Assembly: GCA_964372275.1 (NCBI GenBank)
Contig: CAYJRR010000041.1
Location: 1 to 34,317, forward strand
Source of the DNA: an uncultured bacterium
GTDB taxonomy: Bacteria > CAYJRR01
Length of the DNA stretch: 34,317 bases
Direction: 5' to 3'
The stretch's first letter is position 1; every line of letters begins with the position of its first letter. The notes beneath the pieces are model-generated. The model made no database searches. It saw nothing but the letters and a program-made list of their open reading frames with translations, and had not been told where the DNA came from. The position numbers were made by a program, and so were the translations under genes. Below, one piece after another: positions 17,508 to 27,485 of the stretch.

Positions 17508-18677
17508 TCAGCCCATCGCCTGCTCGAGGTCGGCGATCAGGTCGTCGGCGTGCTCCAGACCGACCGACAGCCGCACCAGCCCGTCGCCGATGCCGATCGC
17601 CCGGCGCTTCTCCGGCTCGACCGAGGCGTGGGTCATGATCGCCGGATGCTCGATCAGCGATTCGAAGCCACCGAGGCTCTCGGCGCAGGTGAACAGCTTG
17701 CACCTCGTCATCAGCCGCCGCGAGGGCTCCAGGCCCCCCTTCACCTCGAACGAGATCATCCCGCCGAATCCGCTCATCTGCCGCGCGGCTGTCGTGTGCT
17801 GCGGATGGCTCGCGAGCCCCGGGTAGATCACCCGCGAGACGTCGCGCCGCTCGGAGAGCCACCGCGCGATCGCCTCCGCGTTCCGCTCGTGACGCTCCAT
17901 CCGGAGCGCGAGCGTCCGCAGGCCGCGCAAGGTGAGGAAGCAGTCCATCGGGGACGGCACCGCGCCGATGGCGTTCTGCAGGAAGCGGAGCCGCTCGGCG
18001 TGGGCGGCGTCGCGCGTCACGACGGCGCCGCCGACGACGTCGGCGTGGCCGTTCAGATACTTCGTCGTGGAGTGCACGACGACGTCGATCCCCAGGTCGA
18101 GCGGCCGCTGGAAGATCGGCGTGGCGAAGGTGTTGTCGACGATCGAGACCAGCCCCTTCACCCGGCAGAACTCCGCCAGCGCGCGGAGGTCGATCACCTT
18201 CAACAGCGGGTTGGTCGGCGTCTCGACCCACACCGCGCGCGTGTTCGGCCGCCACGCGCGCTCCAGGTTCGCCGGGTCGGTGAGGTCGGTGAAGGTGAAC
18301 TGGAAGCCGTCGCGGGAGAGGACCTTGTCGAACAGGCGATAGGTCCCGCCGTAGACGTCGTCGGAGACGATGACGTGATCGCCGGCGCCGAAGAGGTGGA
18401 GCACCGTGGCGGTGGCGGCGCTGCCGGAGGCGAAGGCGAGACCCTTGGCCCCCCCGGCCGGGTCCGCGTCCTCCAGGGCGGCGATCGCGGCCTCGAGCGC
18501 CTCACGGGTGGGGTTCTGCGTCCGCGAGTACTCGTACCCCTTGTGGACCCCCGGCGCCTCCTGCGCGTAGGTCGAGGTGTAGAAGACCGGCGTGGTGACC
18601 GCGCCGGTCACCGGCTCCGGCTTGGATCCGGCGTGAGTGGCGATCGTCTCCAGTCGCGGGGCGCGTGCGTGGGCCAT
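17508..18677 (-). CDS. Cystathionine gamma-lyase/gamma-synthase family PLP enzyme
   Basis: YEYSRTQNPT, FASGSAA, YGGT, ETPTNP, DNTFATP, HSTTKYLNGH (PLP lysine), RLSVGLE. Start 18677 or 18689. Confidence 0.93.
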   Translation of the reverse strand: MAHARAPRLETIATHAGSKPEPVTGAVTTPVFYTSTYAQEAPGVHKGYEYSRTQNPTREALEAAIAALEDADPAGGAKGLAFASGSAATATVLHLFGAGDHVIVSDDVYGGTYRLFDKVLSRDGFQFTFTDLTDPANLERAWRPNTRAVWVETPTNPLLKVIDLRALAEFCRVKGLVSIVDNTFATPIFQRPLDLGIDVVVHSTTKYLNGHADVVGGAVVTRDAAHAERLRFLQNAIGAVPSPMDCFLTLRGLRTLALRMERHERNAEAIARWLSERRDVSRVIYPGLASHPQHTTAARQMSGFGGMISFEVKGGLEPSRRLMTRCKLFTCAESLGGFESLIEHPAIMTHASVEPEKRRAIGIGDGLVRLSVGLEHADDLIADLEQAMG

Positions 18678-18818
18678 CGTCTTGACCATTTCGTCGACCG
18701 GGGAAACTCCCGGACCGCGGACGATAGCAAGCAGGTCTCGATGCGAGCCAGCGTGTAAAAGATTCGCCTCCCCGATGAAGAACGGGGACGCGACCGGGTA
18801 TCCTATCGCTCGTATCGG

Positions 18819-20375
18819 ATGGAAGCATACGGGCGCTATTCGCTGATCCGACGGATCGGCTCCGGGGGAATGGCCGAAGTCTGGAAGGCTCGCGCGGCGG
18901 GTCCGAGCGGCTTCCAGAAGGAGTTTGCGCTCAAGCGCGTGCTTCCTCACCTCACGGAGGATTCCGAGTTCGTCGAGATGTTCATCGACGAGGCCAAGCT
19001 CGTCGCCGGCCTCGTCCATCCGAACATCGTCCAGGTCTTCGATTTCGGCAGCGTCGGAGCGCACGAGTACTACCTCGCGATGGAATACGTCGCCGGCGCC
19101 AACCTCGCGTCGCTGCAAAAGCGACTGGAGGAGGCTCGGGCTCGATGGAGCCCGGACGTGGCCGCCTACATCACGATCGAAGCGTGCCGCGGTCTGGGGT
19201 ACGCACACGAAAAGACCGACACCGACGGCAGGCCGCTCTCCTTGGTGCATCGCGATGTGTCGCCGCAGAACGTGCTCGTCTCCTTCGGCGGCGAGGTGAA
19301 GGTCACCGATTTCGGTATCGCCCGGGCGGCCCACACCACGTCGCGAACCGCGGCCGGACTCGTCCGCGGCAAGCTCGCCTACATGAGCCCGGAGCAGGCC
19401 GCCGGCGAGCCGATCGACGCGCGAAGCGACCTCTTTTCGCTGGGTCTGGTGCTCTATGAGCTGCTTTTTGGCCGCCGACTCTTCCACGGCGGCTCCACCG
19501 AGATCGCGCGGCAGATCCAGGAGTTCACCTCCATCGCGCAGGAGGAGTTGGACGCCCTGCCACCGGCCATTGCCGACGTCCTGGTATCGACGCTCGCGCT
19601 CGATCCGCGGGCGCGCTTCCAACGGGCGGCGGACCTGGAGGCATCGCTGGCCGGCTACCTTGGCGCGCGGTTGGTCGCGGCGCGCCGGGAGCTGTCCGAG
19701 CTGATCTGCCGCCTTTTCGAGGCGGAGCGGGTCCGGAACCGTTCCGACGAGAAGGGACCGGCCGAACGATCCACCGAGATGACGGAGGAGCTCGCGTCGG
19801 AACCGTTCCGCGGTGCGATGGCGATGGCGGCCTCCGGCGAGCCGCATCGGTCGTCCGAGATCGGATCGGACTCGGTGACGTTCCACGTGCCCGGTGTCGT
19901 GATCCGGGAGCAGGCCGGAGGACCGAGCCCGGGTCCGCTTTCCAGGCGACGTGCAGCGGCCGGGGTCGCCGTCGGCGCGGCAGGCGCGTTGTTCGCCGGT
20001 CTCTTCACCCATCGCTGGCTGTCGGAACCCCGTACCCGTCTTCAAGCGACCGAACCGAAGCCGGCACCGACTCCGATTGCGGCCGAGACGACGCCCGGCG
20101 CCCCTTCACAGCGCAGCACGCCGAACCCGTCGACCGGGTACGCGACGCTGGGCGTCGCGGTGCGTCCCTGGGCGGAAGTCTGGATCGACGGAAAGTTGAT
20201 GGCCGCCGAAGCTTCGAACGTCACCTATCGCCTTCGCGCCGGCGTCCACCGCGTCCGCCTGGTCAATCCGGGAAACAACTTCTCCAAGGAGATTCCGGTG
20301 AAGCTCGATCCCGGCGCGAAGGCCACCGTCTCGGCAGACATCCGCACCGGTTCGATCCAGGTGGAGTCGCGATGA
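18819..20375 (+). CDS. Membrane Ser/Thr protein kinase with C-terminal PEGA-like domain
   Basis: IGSGGMAEV, ALK, HRDVSPQN, DFG, YMSPEQ; hydrophobic segment; VRPWAEVWIDG...LRAGVHRVRLVNP. Confidence 0.93.
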   Translation: MEAYGRYSLIRRIGSGGMAEVWKARAAGPSGFQKEFALKRVLPHLTEDSEFVEMFIDEAKLVAGLVHPNIVQVFDFGSVGAHEYYLAMEYVAGANLASLQKRLEEARARWSPDVAAYITIEACRGLGYAHEKTDTDGRPLSLVHRDVSPQNVLVSFGGEVKVTDFGIARAAHTTSRTAAGLVRGKLAYMSPEQAAGEPIDARSDLFSLGLVLYELLFGRRLFHGGSTEIARQIQEFTSIAQEELDALPPAIADVLVSTLALDPRARFQRAADLEASLAGYLGARLVAARRELSELICRLFEAERVRNRSDEKGPAERSTEMTEELASEPFRGAMAMAASGEPHRSSEIGSDSVTFHVPGVVIREQAGGPSPGPLSRRRAAAGVAVGAAGALFAGLFTHRWLSEPRTRLQATEPKPAPTPIAAETTPGAPSQRSTPNPSTGYATLGVAVRPWAEVWIDGKLMAAEASNVTYRLRAGVHRVRLVNPGNNFSKEIPVKLDPGAKATVSADIRTGSIQVESR

Positions 20376-20956
20376 CCACGCCGACCCGACGGTCCTCGCT
20401 CCGCGCCTGGCTCGGGTTCGCCGCGCTGGTCGTTTCCCTTTGGTCGTGCGGTTCGACGTCCGATACCCCCGACTGGAAAGGTCCGCTGGACCAGTACGAG
20501 ACGTGCTTCTTCTCCTGGACGAATATCTCGTGGGAACCCGGTCGATTCGACCTCTATATCGTCAGCTTCGATTCGGAGCTGCTCGAGCAAGGGACCGAGA
20601 TCGCCTACGCCGACGCCGGGATCGGCGCCATCTTCCTTCACCATACGACGCTGGCCCCCGATCCCGTCGAGTATCTCTCCGCGTCGTTTTCGACCATCGG
20701 GCGTTTCCGAACCGAGAGCGATCTTCTTTATTTCGGGTCGCCCGTTGAGTTCGAGGACTCCGTCTCCAAGCAGTTCTTCGACGTCGACGGCGGTAGTCCC
20801 GTCGGCGACGGGGGCGTCGGCACCTTCGACGGATGGTGGCGCACGCCCGAAGACTTGGATACCGAGCTCGATCGGGGAACGGGGAACATCCAGGTTACGA
20901 TCGCCGGAACGGACTTTCAGCTGGGTCTTCTCACGTCGATCGCGTCCTGCAACTAG
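20372..20956 (+). CDS. Hypothetical lipoprotein
   Basis: ATGA overlap with the kinase; signal peptide ending LWSC. Confidence 0.7.
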   Translation: MTTPTRRSSLRAWLGFAALVVSLWSCGSTSDTPDWKGPLDQYETCFFSWTNISWEPGRFDLYIVSFDSELLEQGTEIAYADAGIGAIFLHHTTLAPDPVEYLSASFSTIGRFRTESDLLYFGSPVEFEDSVSKQFFDVDGGSPVGDGGVGTFDGWWRTPEDLDTELDRGTGNIQVTIAGTDFQLGLLTSIASCN

Positions 20957-22821
20957 AAGCGCACCCGGACGCCCGCGGTGAGCAGGTGCTCCGACTCCCG
21001 CAACACGGCCGACTCGAAGGCGAACGGATTCCGCGCCGGTCCTGTTCGCTGAACACGGCGTACCGTTCCCGTGTACCCCGCCGTCACGTCGAGTCGCTCC
21101 GAGCCGGCGCACCCGTGCGTCGCCCGGAAGAGGAACGCACGGCCTGCGGCCGAGCCCCCATCATGTCCACTGGCGTTCGGTGGATCCTCGTCGAGCGTCC
21201 CCCAAACGGTCGTCCCCAGCTCGAGACTCGTCTCCTGCGCACGGGAGCCGAGGTGCCAATCCTGGGACAGTCCGACCGAGATCACGGCATCGGTCCGTCG
21301 ATGGGACGGGAGAAGGCGAAGGGCGGCGCCATCGTCATCGCGAACGTCCTCCGACCGATGGCGTTCCGACTGGATCGACGCGTTCAGGATTGCGAACCGC
21401 GGCGCGCCGTCGGAGTGGCGAATCTTCCACCGGAGCCCACCGACCGCCCGTCCACGCAGGGTGGCACCGCCGTTCACCCGACTGCGCGTTCCGTCCGGAA
21501 GTCGGACGTCGAGCGTCGAAAGTCCGCCGCTGGCGAGGAGCGCTTCGAGCGACAGGAAGAACACCGACCGCCTGGCGCCGACGGCCAACGTCGTACCACC
21601 GACCGAGAAGCCGGAGTCGAACGACGTTCCGCTCGACGCGATCGTCCGGCTCCGCAAGCCCGATACGACGGAGATCCGGCCGTCGATCTCCCAGCGACTC
21701 CACGTCGGACGGGTCGGGTCCGTGGGTGGCGTCGGGATCGCGGATGGCATCGAGGCGGCGGGCGACTCCGGGGCGGCGACGACGGTTGCGGGGCTCCCTT
21801 TCGGAGCGGTCCGAAGCTTGGCCATCGCCCACGTCGCCATCCGATCCGCCGCTTCGACGGTCGTCGGATACACGCTGCTCGCGACGTAGCGACCTCCGCG
21901 CGCCGTCGAGATCAGGATGGCGCGGCTGCCAGCCTCCATGCCACCGCGTTCCGCGACGACCAGCAACCACTCGACATCGAGAAGCCCCGCGAGGTCGGCA
22001 AGCGCTGCAGCATGGCCCGCGGACGGACGTCCCTGCCAGACGAGGCTCGTGAGAGCGCCCTCGACCTCGGCGTCGACGGCAATCGGCAGAGGAATCGACA
22101 GACTCGCGTCGGCCGTCGCCTCGACCGTCTGGCTGACGGACCGGCGACCGCGCGACGACACGACCAGCCGATGCCTGCCGGGGACCAGTCGCAAGGGGAG
22201 CGCGGTTTCCCCCCCGTCGACCGAAAACCGCGCGTCCGAAGGGGCGTCCGTGACCGAAATCGAAACCACCGGGGGCAGACGCGGCCGGAGCTCCTCTACC
22301 AGGGATTGGACAGAGCGCCGGAACTCGGTGAGATCGACCTTCAGCGCCGGATCGAGAACCAACGCCTCGATCACCTCTCGCTCCGCCTGGGAACGATCGT
22401 CGAGCAGCAAGAACACGGTCGCCCGCCACAGGCGAACGCGCACCCGCTCGGCGAGCGTGAAGCCGTCGTGGCCGTCGAGGACCGTCGCATGGGCCGCAAA
22501 GCGATCGAGCGCCAGTGCCAGGCGATTGGCGAAGAAGGCTTCGGTCGCCTCGTGATGCAGGCGCTCGGCCTCGTCCCGAACCGCCGGCGCCACGGCGGAC
22601 TCCCCTTCCGCAACGGTCGGGGCTAGCAGATCCACCAGCTTCTCGGTCGGGACCACGACGATGCCGGGTAGCTGCGAGAGACGCTCTTCGATCACGCGTT
22701 GGAAATACCCGACTCGTGCCGGTTCATCGCCGACGCAGATCAATCCGACGGTGCGAGTCGCCGTACCGCCGGTCGACACAGCGAGGACGGTCGCCGCGAG
22801 GAGGAACGAAGGTTCGATCAC
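20953..22821 (-). CDS. Exported protein with TPR-like helices, PEGA-like domain and beta-strand-rich C-terminus (possible outer-membrane protein)
   Basis: N-terminal signal; ALVLDP; DARFSVDG...LVPGRHRLVV; amphipathic strands ending AGVRVRF. Confidence 0.7.
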   Translation of the reverse strand: MIEPSFLLAATVLAVSTGGTATRTVGLICVGDEPARVGYFQRVIEERLSQLPGIVVVPTEKLVDLLAPTVAEGESAVAPAVRDEAERLHHEATEAFFANRLALALDRFAAHATVLDGHDGFTLAERVRVRLWRATVFLLLDDRSQAEREVIEALVLDPALKVDLTEFRRSVQSLVEELRPRLPPVVSISVTDAPSDARFSVDGGETALPLRLVPGRHRLVVSSRGRRSVSQTVEATADASLSIPLPIAVDAEVEGALTSLVWQGRPSAGHAAALADLAGLLDVEWLLVVAERGGMEAGSRAILISTARGGRYVASSVYPTTVEAADRMATWAMAKLRTAPKGSPATVVAAPESPAASMPSAIPTPPTDPTRPTWSRWEIDGRISVVSGLRSRTIASSGTSFDSGFSVGGTTLAVGARRSVFFLSLEALLASGGLSTLDVRLPDGTRSRVNGGATLRGRAVGGLRWKIRHSDGAPRFAILNASIQSERHRSEDVRDDDGAALRLLPSHRRTDAVISVGLSQDWHLGSRAQETSLELGTTVWGTLDEDPPNASGHDGGSAAGRAFLFRATHGCAGSERLDVTAGYTGTVRRVQRTGPARNPFAFESAVLRESEHLLTAGVRVRF

Positions 22822-22912
22822 AGACCGTTACGTCCGAGTATAGGTCGATCGGCGCCGGTGGAGAAAATGGCCGCTTCCAATCGCTCCGCATCCGCGACTA
22901 CACTGCCGCGGC

Positions 22913-24286
22913 TTGGTGCCGATTCCGCCGATCCGTTTCGGTCGGTACACCCTGCTGGCCCCGCTCGCCGCCGGAGGAATGGCCGAGCTGTTCCTCGCCC
23001 ATTGCCCGGATGAACCGGGCTCCGGAATCGTCGTCCTCAAGCGCATCCTCGGACGGCACGCCGCCGACCCCGAATTCATTCGGATGTTCCTTGACGAGGT
23101 CGAGATCGCGCGCGACCTCCGGCACGAGAACATCGTTCCGATCCTCGACTACGGCGAGCTCGACGGCCAGTATTTCCTGACCATGCCCTACGTCGAGGGA
23201 AGCGATCTTTGGGCCTTGATCGAGGCCCTGCCGCGGGTTCGCGCGCGGTTCGGCGTCGCGGAAGCGGTTCACGCGGTCTCTGCCGTTTGCCGCGGACTGG
23301 AGTTCGCCCACTCCCGCACCGACGCGAAGGGGACGTCGCGCGAGATCGTCCACCGGGACATTTCGCCGGAGAACGTGCTCGCCTCGATCGACGGGGAGCT
23401 GATGATTGCCGATTTCGGGATCGCGAAGGCCACCCACCGCAACGCACGGACGCGAGTGGGACTGGTGAAGGGGAAGCGGGCCTACATGAGCCCGGAGATG
23501 GTGTGGGGAAAGCCGGTCGACCGCCGACATGACGTCTTCTCCGCCGGCGTGGTTCTGTGGGAGCTCCTCGCCGGTCGGCCGTTGTTCGAAGGTCGGACGG
23601 ACCAGGAGTTGCTCGCTGCCCGGGTCTTCTCCGAGATCGAGAGACCCAGTCGATTCAATCCGGACGTGACGGAGGATCTCGACACGGCGGTCATGAAGGC
23701 GCTCGCATCCGACCGGGACGACCGATACGCGACGGCCCGGCAGTTCGGCGATGCGCTGGAGGACTGGCTGCGCCGCCGCCGGATCGACGATGGACGTGCG
23801 CGGATCGCTTCGCTGGTGGCGCGCTGCCACGGCGAGACGCTGGCGCGGACGCGGGAGAAGCTCTACTCCGTCCTCACCGAGCATGGGCTGCTACCACCGG
23901 ACGCATCGTCCGCGGCTCGCCTGGGCGAGATCCTCCGAAGCGACGCCGTGGCCGCAACGACGACCGTGGCGCGCGTGGTGCCGAGGCCACGAAGACACGC
24001 GCCGCCATCCCTGACGCAGGCGGCGGCGAAGACGACGATGTTCCAGGGTGCCGGCGGGGGTCCAAAGCTCGAACCATGGGAGCCTCCCTACGAGCCGGGG
24101 TTGACCGGCCTCATCCGCAAGAAGGCCGCGGAGATGACCACCGCCGTGGCCCAGGTGGTGCGACGGAGGCCGGCCGCAGCGCCGAGCGCACGCCCACGCG
24201 GACTGGCGCTGCAATGGTGGCTTCTCGGCGGGCTCTCCATCGGCGCATTGGTGGCCGCGAGCCTCGCCGCGCTCAATCGAATGTAG
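22913..24286 (+). CDS. Ser/Thr protein kinase with C-terminal membrane anchor
   Basis: AAGGMAEL, VLKR, HRDISPEN, DFG, YMSPE; terminal hydrophobic helix. Start TTG 22913 or GTG 22916. Confidence 0.92.
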   Translation: MVPIPPIRFGRYTLLAPLAAGGMAELFLAHCPDEPGSGIVVLKRILGRHAADPEFIRMFLDEVEIARDLRHENIVPILDYGELDGQYFLTMPYVEGSDLWALIEALPRVRARFGVAEAVHAVSAVCRGLEFAHSRTDAKGTSREIVHRDISPENVLASIDGELMIADFGIAKATHRNARTRVGLVKGKRAYMSPEMVWGKPVDRRHDVFSAGVVLWELLAGRPLFEGRTDQELLAARVFSEIERPSRFNPDVTEDLDTAVMKALASDRDDRYATARQFGDALEDWLRRRRIDDGRARIASLVARCHGETLARTREKLYSVLTEHGLLPPDASSAARLGEILRSDAVAATTTVARVVPRPRRHAPPSLTQAAAKTTMFQGAGGGPKLEPWEPPYEPGLTGLIRKKAAEMTTAVAQVVRRRPAAAPSARPRGLALQWWLLGGLSIGALVAASLAALNRM

Positions 24287-24967
24287 CTACCGCCGGCGGC
24301 CGGCGTGTGCGGCCACGAAGGCGTCGACGCTGGGGAACTTCATCATCGGGTTGTTCACCCGCTCGTCCTTGATCGTCGAGACCGAGCGGCTGGCGTAGTT
24401 GTGACCCGGCAGGAGCACCGTCCCCCCGGGGAGCTTGGCCAGCTCCTCCAGGCTGCGATACATCTCCTCGGGACTGCCGCCGGGGAAGTCGGTCCGGCCG
24501 CAGCTCCCGATGAACAGGGTGTCCCCCGAGACGAGCGCCCCCTCCTTCCCGGTCGACTCGAGGAGGAAGCACTGGCTGCCCGGGGTGTGTCCCGGCGTGT
24601 GGAGGAAGCGGATCGACAGGCGGCCGATCGCCAACGTGTCGCCGTGATCGCGCGTCACCACCTCGCTCCGGCCGACGAGCGCCTGCAGGATCGTCTCCTC
24701 GTTCTTGTTCACGTGGAGCTTCGACTTCGTGGTCGTAAGTAGCCGATCGATCTGGTTGGTATGATCGGGATGCCAGTGGGTGACGAGCCCGCCGACGACC
24801 TCCATCCCGTCCCCCTTCGCCTGCTCCACGACGCGGTCGACCTCCCAGGCCGGATCGACCATCACGCACGCCTTCGCCTCGGGGTCGCCGATCAGGTAGA
24901 CGAAGTTGGCCATCGGGCCGACTTCGATCTGGCGCAGGTAGAGCTCGTTCGCGGCGGGGGCCGCCAC
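24287..24967 (-). CDS. MBL-fold metallo-hydrolase (glyoxalase II / persulfide dioxygenase-like)
   Basis: THWHPDH, HTPGHTPGS, SGDTLF, GRTD, PGHNY; GTG start immediately after the CBS stop. Confidence 0.9.
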   Translation of the reverse strand: MAAPAANELYLRQIEVGPMANFVYLIGDPEAKACVMVDPAWEVDRVVEQAKGDGMEVVGGLVTHWHPDHTNQIDRLLTTTKSKLHVNKNEETILQALVGRSEVVTRDHGDTLAIGRLSIRFLHTPGHTPGSQCFLLESTGKEGALVSGDTLFIGSCGRTDFPGGSPEEMYRSLEELAKLPGGTVLLPGHNYASRSVSTIKDERVNNPMMKFPSVDAFVAAHAGRRR

Positions 24968-24968
24968 G

Positions 24969-26387
24969 CTACGCCACCCTCCCGGCAAGGAAGTCGATCA
25001 TGTCGATCTTGGTCACGATCCCCGCCACCCGGCCTCCGTCGACGACGCAGGCCACCTTCCCCTTGGAGAAGATCCCCTTCAGCGTCGCGATCGAGGCGTC
25101 GGGGGCGACGACCGCCGGATCCTTCTCCACGATGGGTGCTATCGGCTTGTCGAGGTTGTGCTCCCCCTCGAGCAGGTAGTTGAGCAGCGCCACCTCGCTG
25201 ATGATCCCGACCAGCCGCTCGACGGGGGCCTCGGGATCGCAGTCGACACCGTCCTCCCCCGGTTCGCAGACCGGGAGCTGGCTGATCCCCTTCTCCTTCA
25301 TCACGCGGATGATCTTTCGCACCGGATCGGCCGGGCGCGCGGTGATGACGCCCCCCCCCTTCTCCGCGACCAGGTCGCGCACGCGCCCCAGCTTCTCGTC
25401 GGGATCGAGGAATCCGTATTCGCGCATCCAGTCGTCGTTGAAGATCTTCGAGAGGTACTTCGCCCCCCCGTCCGGCAGGATCACGAGGATCTTCGTACCC
25501 TTCGGGAGCTTCTTCTCGCGCGCGAACTTGATCGCCCCGTTGACCGCCATCCCGCCGCTGCCCCCGGCGAAAATCCCCTCCTCCTGCGTCAGGCGGCGGG
25601 TCATCAGGAACGTCTCCTTGTCGCCGCTCTGCACCACGTGGTCGATGTATTTGAAGTCGATCGTCGAAGGCATGAAGTCCTCGCCGACCCCTTCCGTCTT
25701 GTAGGTCTTGAACAGCGTCGGCAGCACGCCGGTACGCCAGTAGTCGTAGTAGACCGAGCCTTCGGGATCGACGCCGACGATCTGGATCGCCGGTTTCTTC
25801 TCCTTGAGGAACGTTCCGGTTCCCGTGACGGTGCCGCCCGTTCCCAGGCCCAGCACCAGGTAGTCGAGCTCCTCCCCCATCTGCCGCCAGATCTCGGGGC
25901 CGGTCGACTTGTAGTGGGCGCGCGGATTCGCCGGGTTGTGGTACTGGTTGGCCAGAATCGCGTTCGGAATCTCCTGGGAGAGCCGCTTGCTCACCGAGTA
26001 GTAGGAGCGCGGGTCCTCCGGGGCGACGGCGGTCGGGGTGATCACCACCCTGGCGCCAAAGGCGCGGAGGTTCCGCACCTTCTCGTCGCTCATCTTGTCC
26101 GGCATGACGAAGACGCACTTGTACCCGCGCGTCGCCGCCACCATCGCCAACCCCTGCCCGGTATTCCCGGAGGTGGCCTCGACGATCGTCCCCCCGGCTT
26201 TCAGCCGCCCGGTCCGCTCGGCGTCCTCGATGATCTCCAGCGCGATCCGGTCCTTGACCGACCCGGCCGGGTTCATGAACTCGAGCTTGACGTAGACGTC
26301 GGCCTCGAGCCCCTGCGAGACGCTGTTCAACCGCACGATCGGCGTGTCGCCGATCGCCTCGATCACGTTCCTGAACACCCGGTGCAT
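24969..26387 (-). CDS. cbs: Cystathionine beta-synthase with C-terminal CBS domain pair
   Basis: NPAGSVKDR (PLP lysine), EATSGNTG, GTGGT, YLSKIFNDDWM, then ISQLPV and GIVTKID CBS domains. Confidence 0.92.
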   Translation of the reverse strand: MHRVFRNVIEAIGDTPIVRLNSVSQGLEADVYVKLEFMNPAGSVKDRIALEIIEDAERTGRLKAGGTIVEATSGNTGQGLAMVAATRGYKCVFVMPDKMSDEKVRNLRAFGARVVITPTAVAPEDPRSYYSVSKRLSQEIPNAILANQYHNPANPRAHYKSTGPEIWRQMGEELDYLVLGLGTGGTVTGTGTFLKEKKPAIQIVGVDPEGSVYYDYWRTGVLPTLFKTYKTEGVGEDFMPSTIDFKYIDHVVQSGDKETFLMTRRLTQEEGIFAGGSGGMAVNGAIKFAREKKLPKGTKILVILPDGGAKYLSKIFNDDWMREYGFLDPDEKLGRVRDLVAEKGGGVITARPADPVRKIIRVMKEKGISQLPVCEPGEDGVDCDPEAPVERLVGIISEVALLNYLLEGEHNLDKPIAPIVEKDPAVVAPDASIATLKGIFSKGKVACVVDGGRVAGIVTKIDMIDFLAGRVA

Positions 26388-26421
26388 GGGGCGACCGTCT
26401 ACCACGCCCCGAGGCCACAGG

Positions 26422-27303
26422 CTACGGGCTGTAGGAGTAGGCCGGGAAGAAGGTCATCACCATGATGCACATCTCGTCTTCGGTGGTCGTCCCGAAATGG
26501 ATCGGGTGGTCGGTCTCGTTGGTCCAGGTGCACTCGAAACGCCAGCCGTTGTCGGAGTCGGTGCGCAGCGGTGGGTCGAAGGTGTGCGTCGGTGGGGCGT
26601 GCCAGTCGTCGTTGGTGAAGACGCGCTCCGTCCCGGCGTCGGTGAGGTGGTCGATGGTGAACAGCGTCGCCCGCTTGTGGGTGTGCGAGGAGATCGACAG
26701 CACGTTGTAGCCGCCGATTTCGGGGATGGTCATCCCGTCGACGTACCCGGTCGTCATCGGCGGGATCTCGAAGTCGGTGTAGGGGATCAGCACCGTCTGG
26801 ATGTAGTCCTCCACCTCGTCGTGGGGCATCAGCCGGAGCTCGACGTCGACTTCGCCCGTGATCGGCCCGTCCGACGCGTTGGCGTAGTGCGTCTCGAGGA
26901 TCAGCTGCTCCCCGGCGAACAGGGGCAAGGCGAGCCCTTCGGGGAGCGACCATTCGGAGACCGGCGTCTGCGATCCGGTGACGAACAGCCGGTCGTCCAT
27001 CTCGGTGCAGTCGCCGAAACCGTCGGGGAGGTCGTTGTCCGACCGGTAGAGGATGAAGTGGTGACTCCCGGGAGCCATGGTGATCTTCACCGAGGTCACG
27101 TCGAGGGTGACGTCGGACGGGACCTTCATCGTCTTGCACCAGACGTGGTCCTCCCCCTGCGCCACCTCGAACGGCTCGATGCCGAGATGGACGGTCTGCG
27201 GATCGCCGCCGCCGTCGCCCTCCTCGCCGAACGGGCCGTCGTTGCAACCGGCCGCCACGACCGCCAGGAACAGCCCCCCTGCCAACCGGATCGAGCGCTC
27301 CAT
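26422..27303 (-). CDS. Lipoprotein with copper type II ascorbate-dependent monooxygenase-like domain
   Basis: AAGC lipobox; SHHFILY, HYAN, SHTH and DEMC match the PHM/DBH copper-ligand pattern; GGAGG RBS. Confidence 0.8.
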   Translation of the reverse strand: MERSIRLAGGLFLAVVAAGCNDGPFGEEGDGGGDPQTVHLGIEPFEVAQGEDHVWCKTMKVPSDVTLDVTSVKITMAPGSHHFILYRSDNDLPDGFGDCTEMDDRLFVTGSQTPVSEWSLPEGLALPLFAGEQLILETHYANASDGPITGEVDVELRLMPHDEVEDYIQTVLIPYTDFEIPPMTTGYVDGMTIPEIGGYNVLSISSHTHKRATLFTIDHLTDAGTERVFTNDDWHAPPTHTFDPPLRTDSDNGWRFECTWTNETDHPIHFGTTTEDEMCIMVMTFFPAYSYSP

Positions 27304-27446
27304 CCCGAACCTCCGTCCAAGTCGGTACGAAGCCTACCCGGGACTCTCCCGCACCCTGGTCTTCAAGGGGCCTCCCTCAAGGCACCCTGCCACGCCAAGG
27401 TCCAGAAGCCTATCCGGTCGACGGGCGCGTTGCCAACCCCCTCGGC

Positions 27447-27475
27447 TTGACGCCCCCCCGACCGGCGTGTATCTG
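27447..27475 (+). promoter_or_regulatory. Possible sigma70 promoter of the tRNA
   Basis: TTGACG-17 bp-TATCTG, 10 bp before the tRNA; imperfect -10. Confidence 0.45.
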
Positions 27476-27485
27476 TAGCCGGCCC

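Noticed and set aside
18690-20045. 845-aa version of the cystathionine lyase
   Set aside because: The extension is the antisense of the kinase gene; homology begins near 18677.
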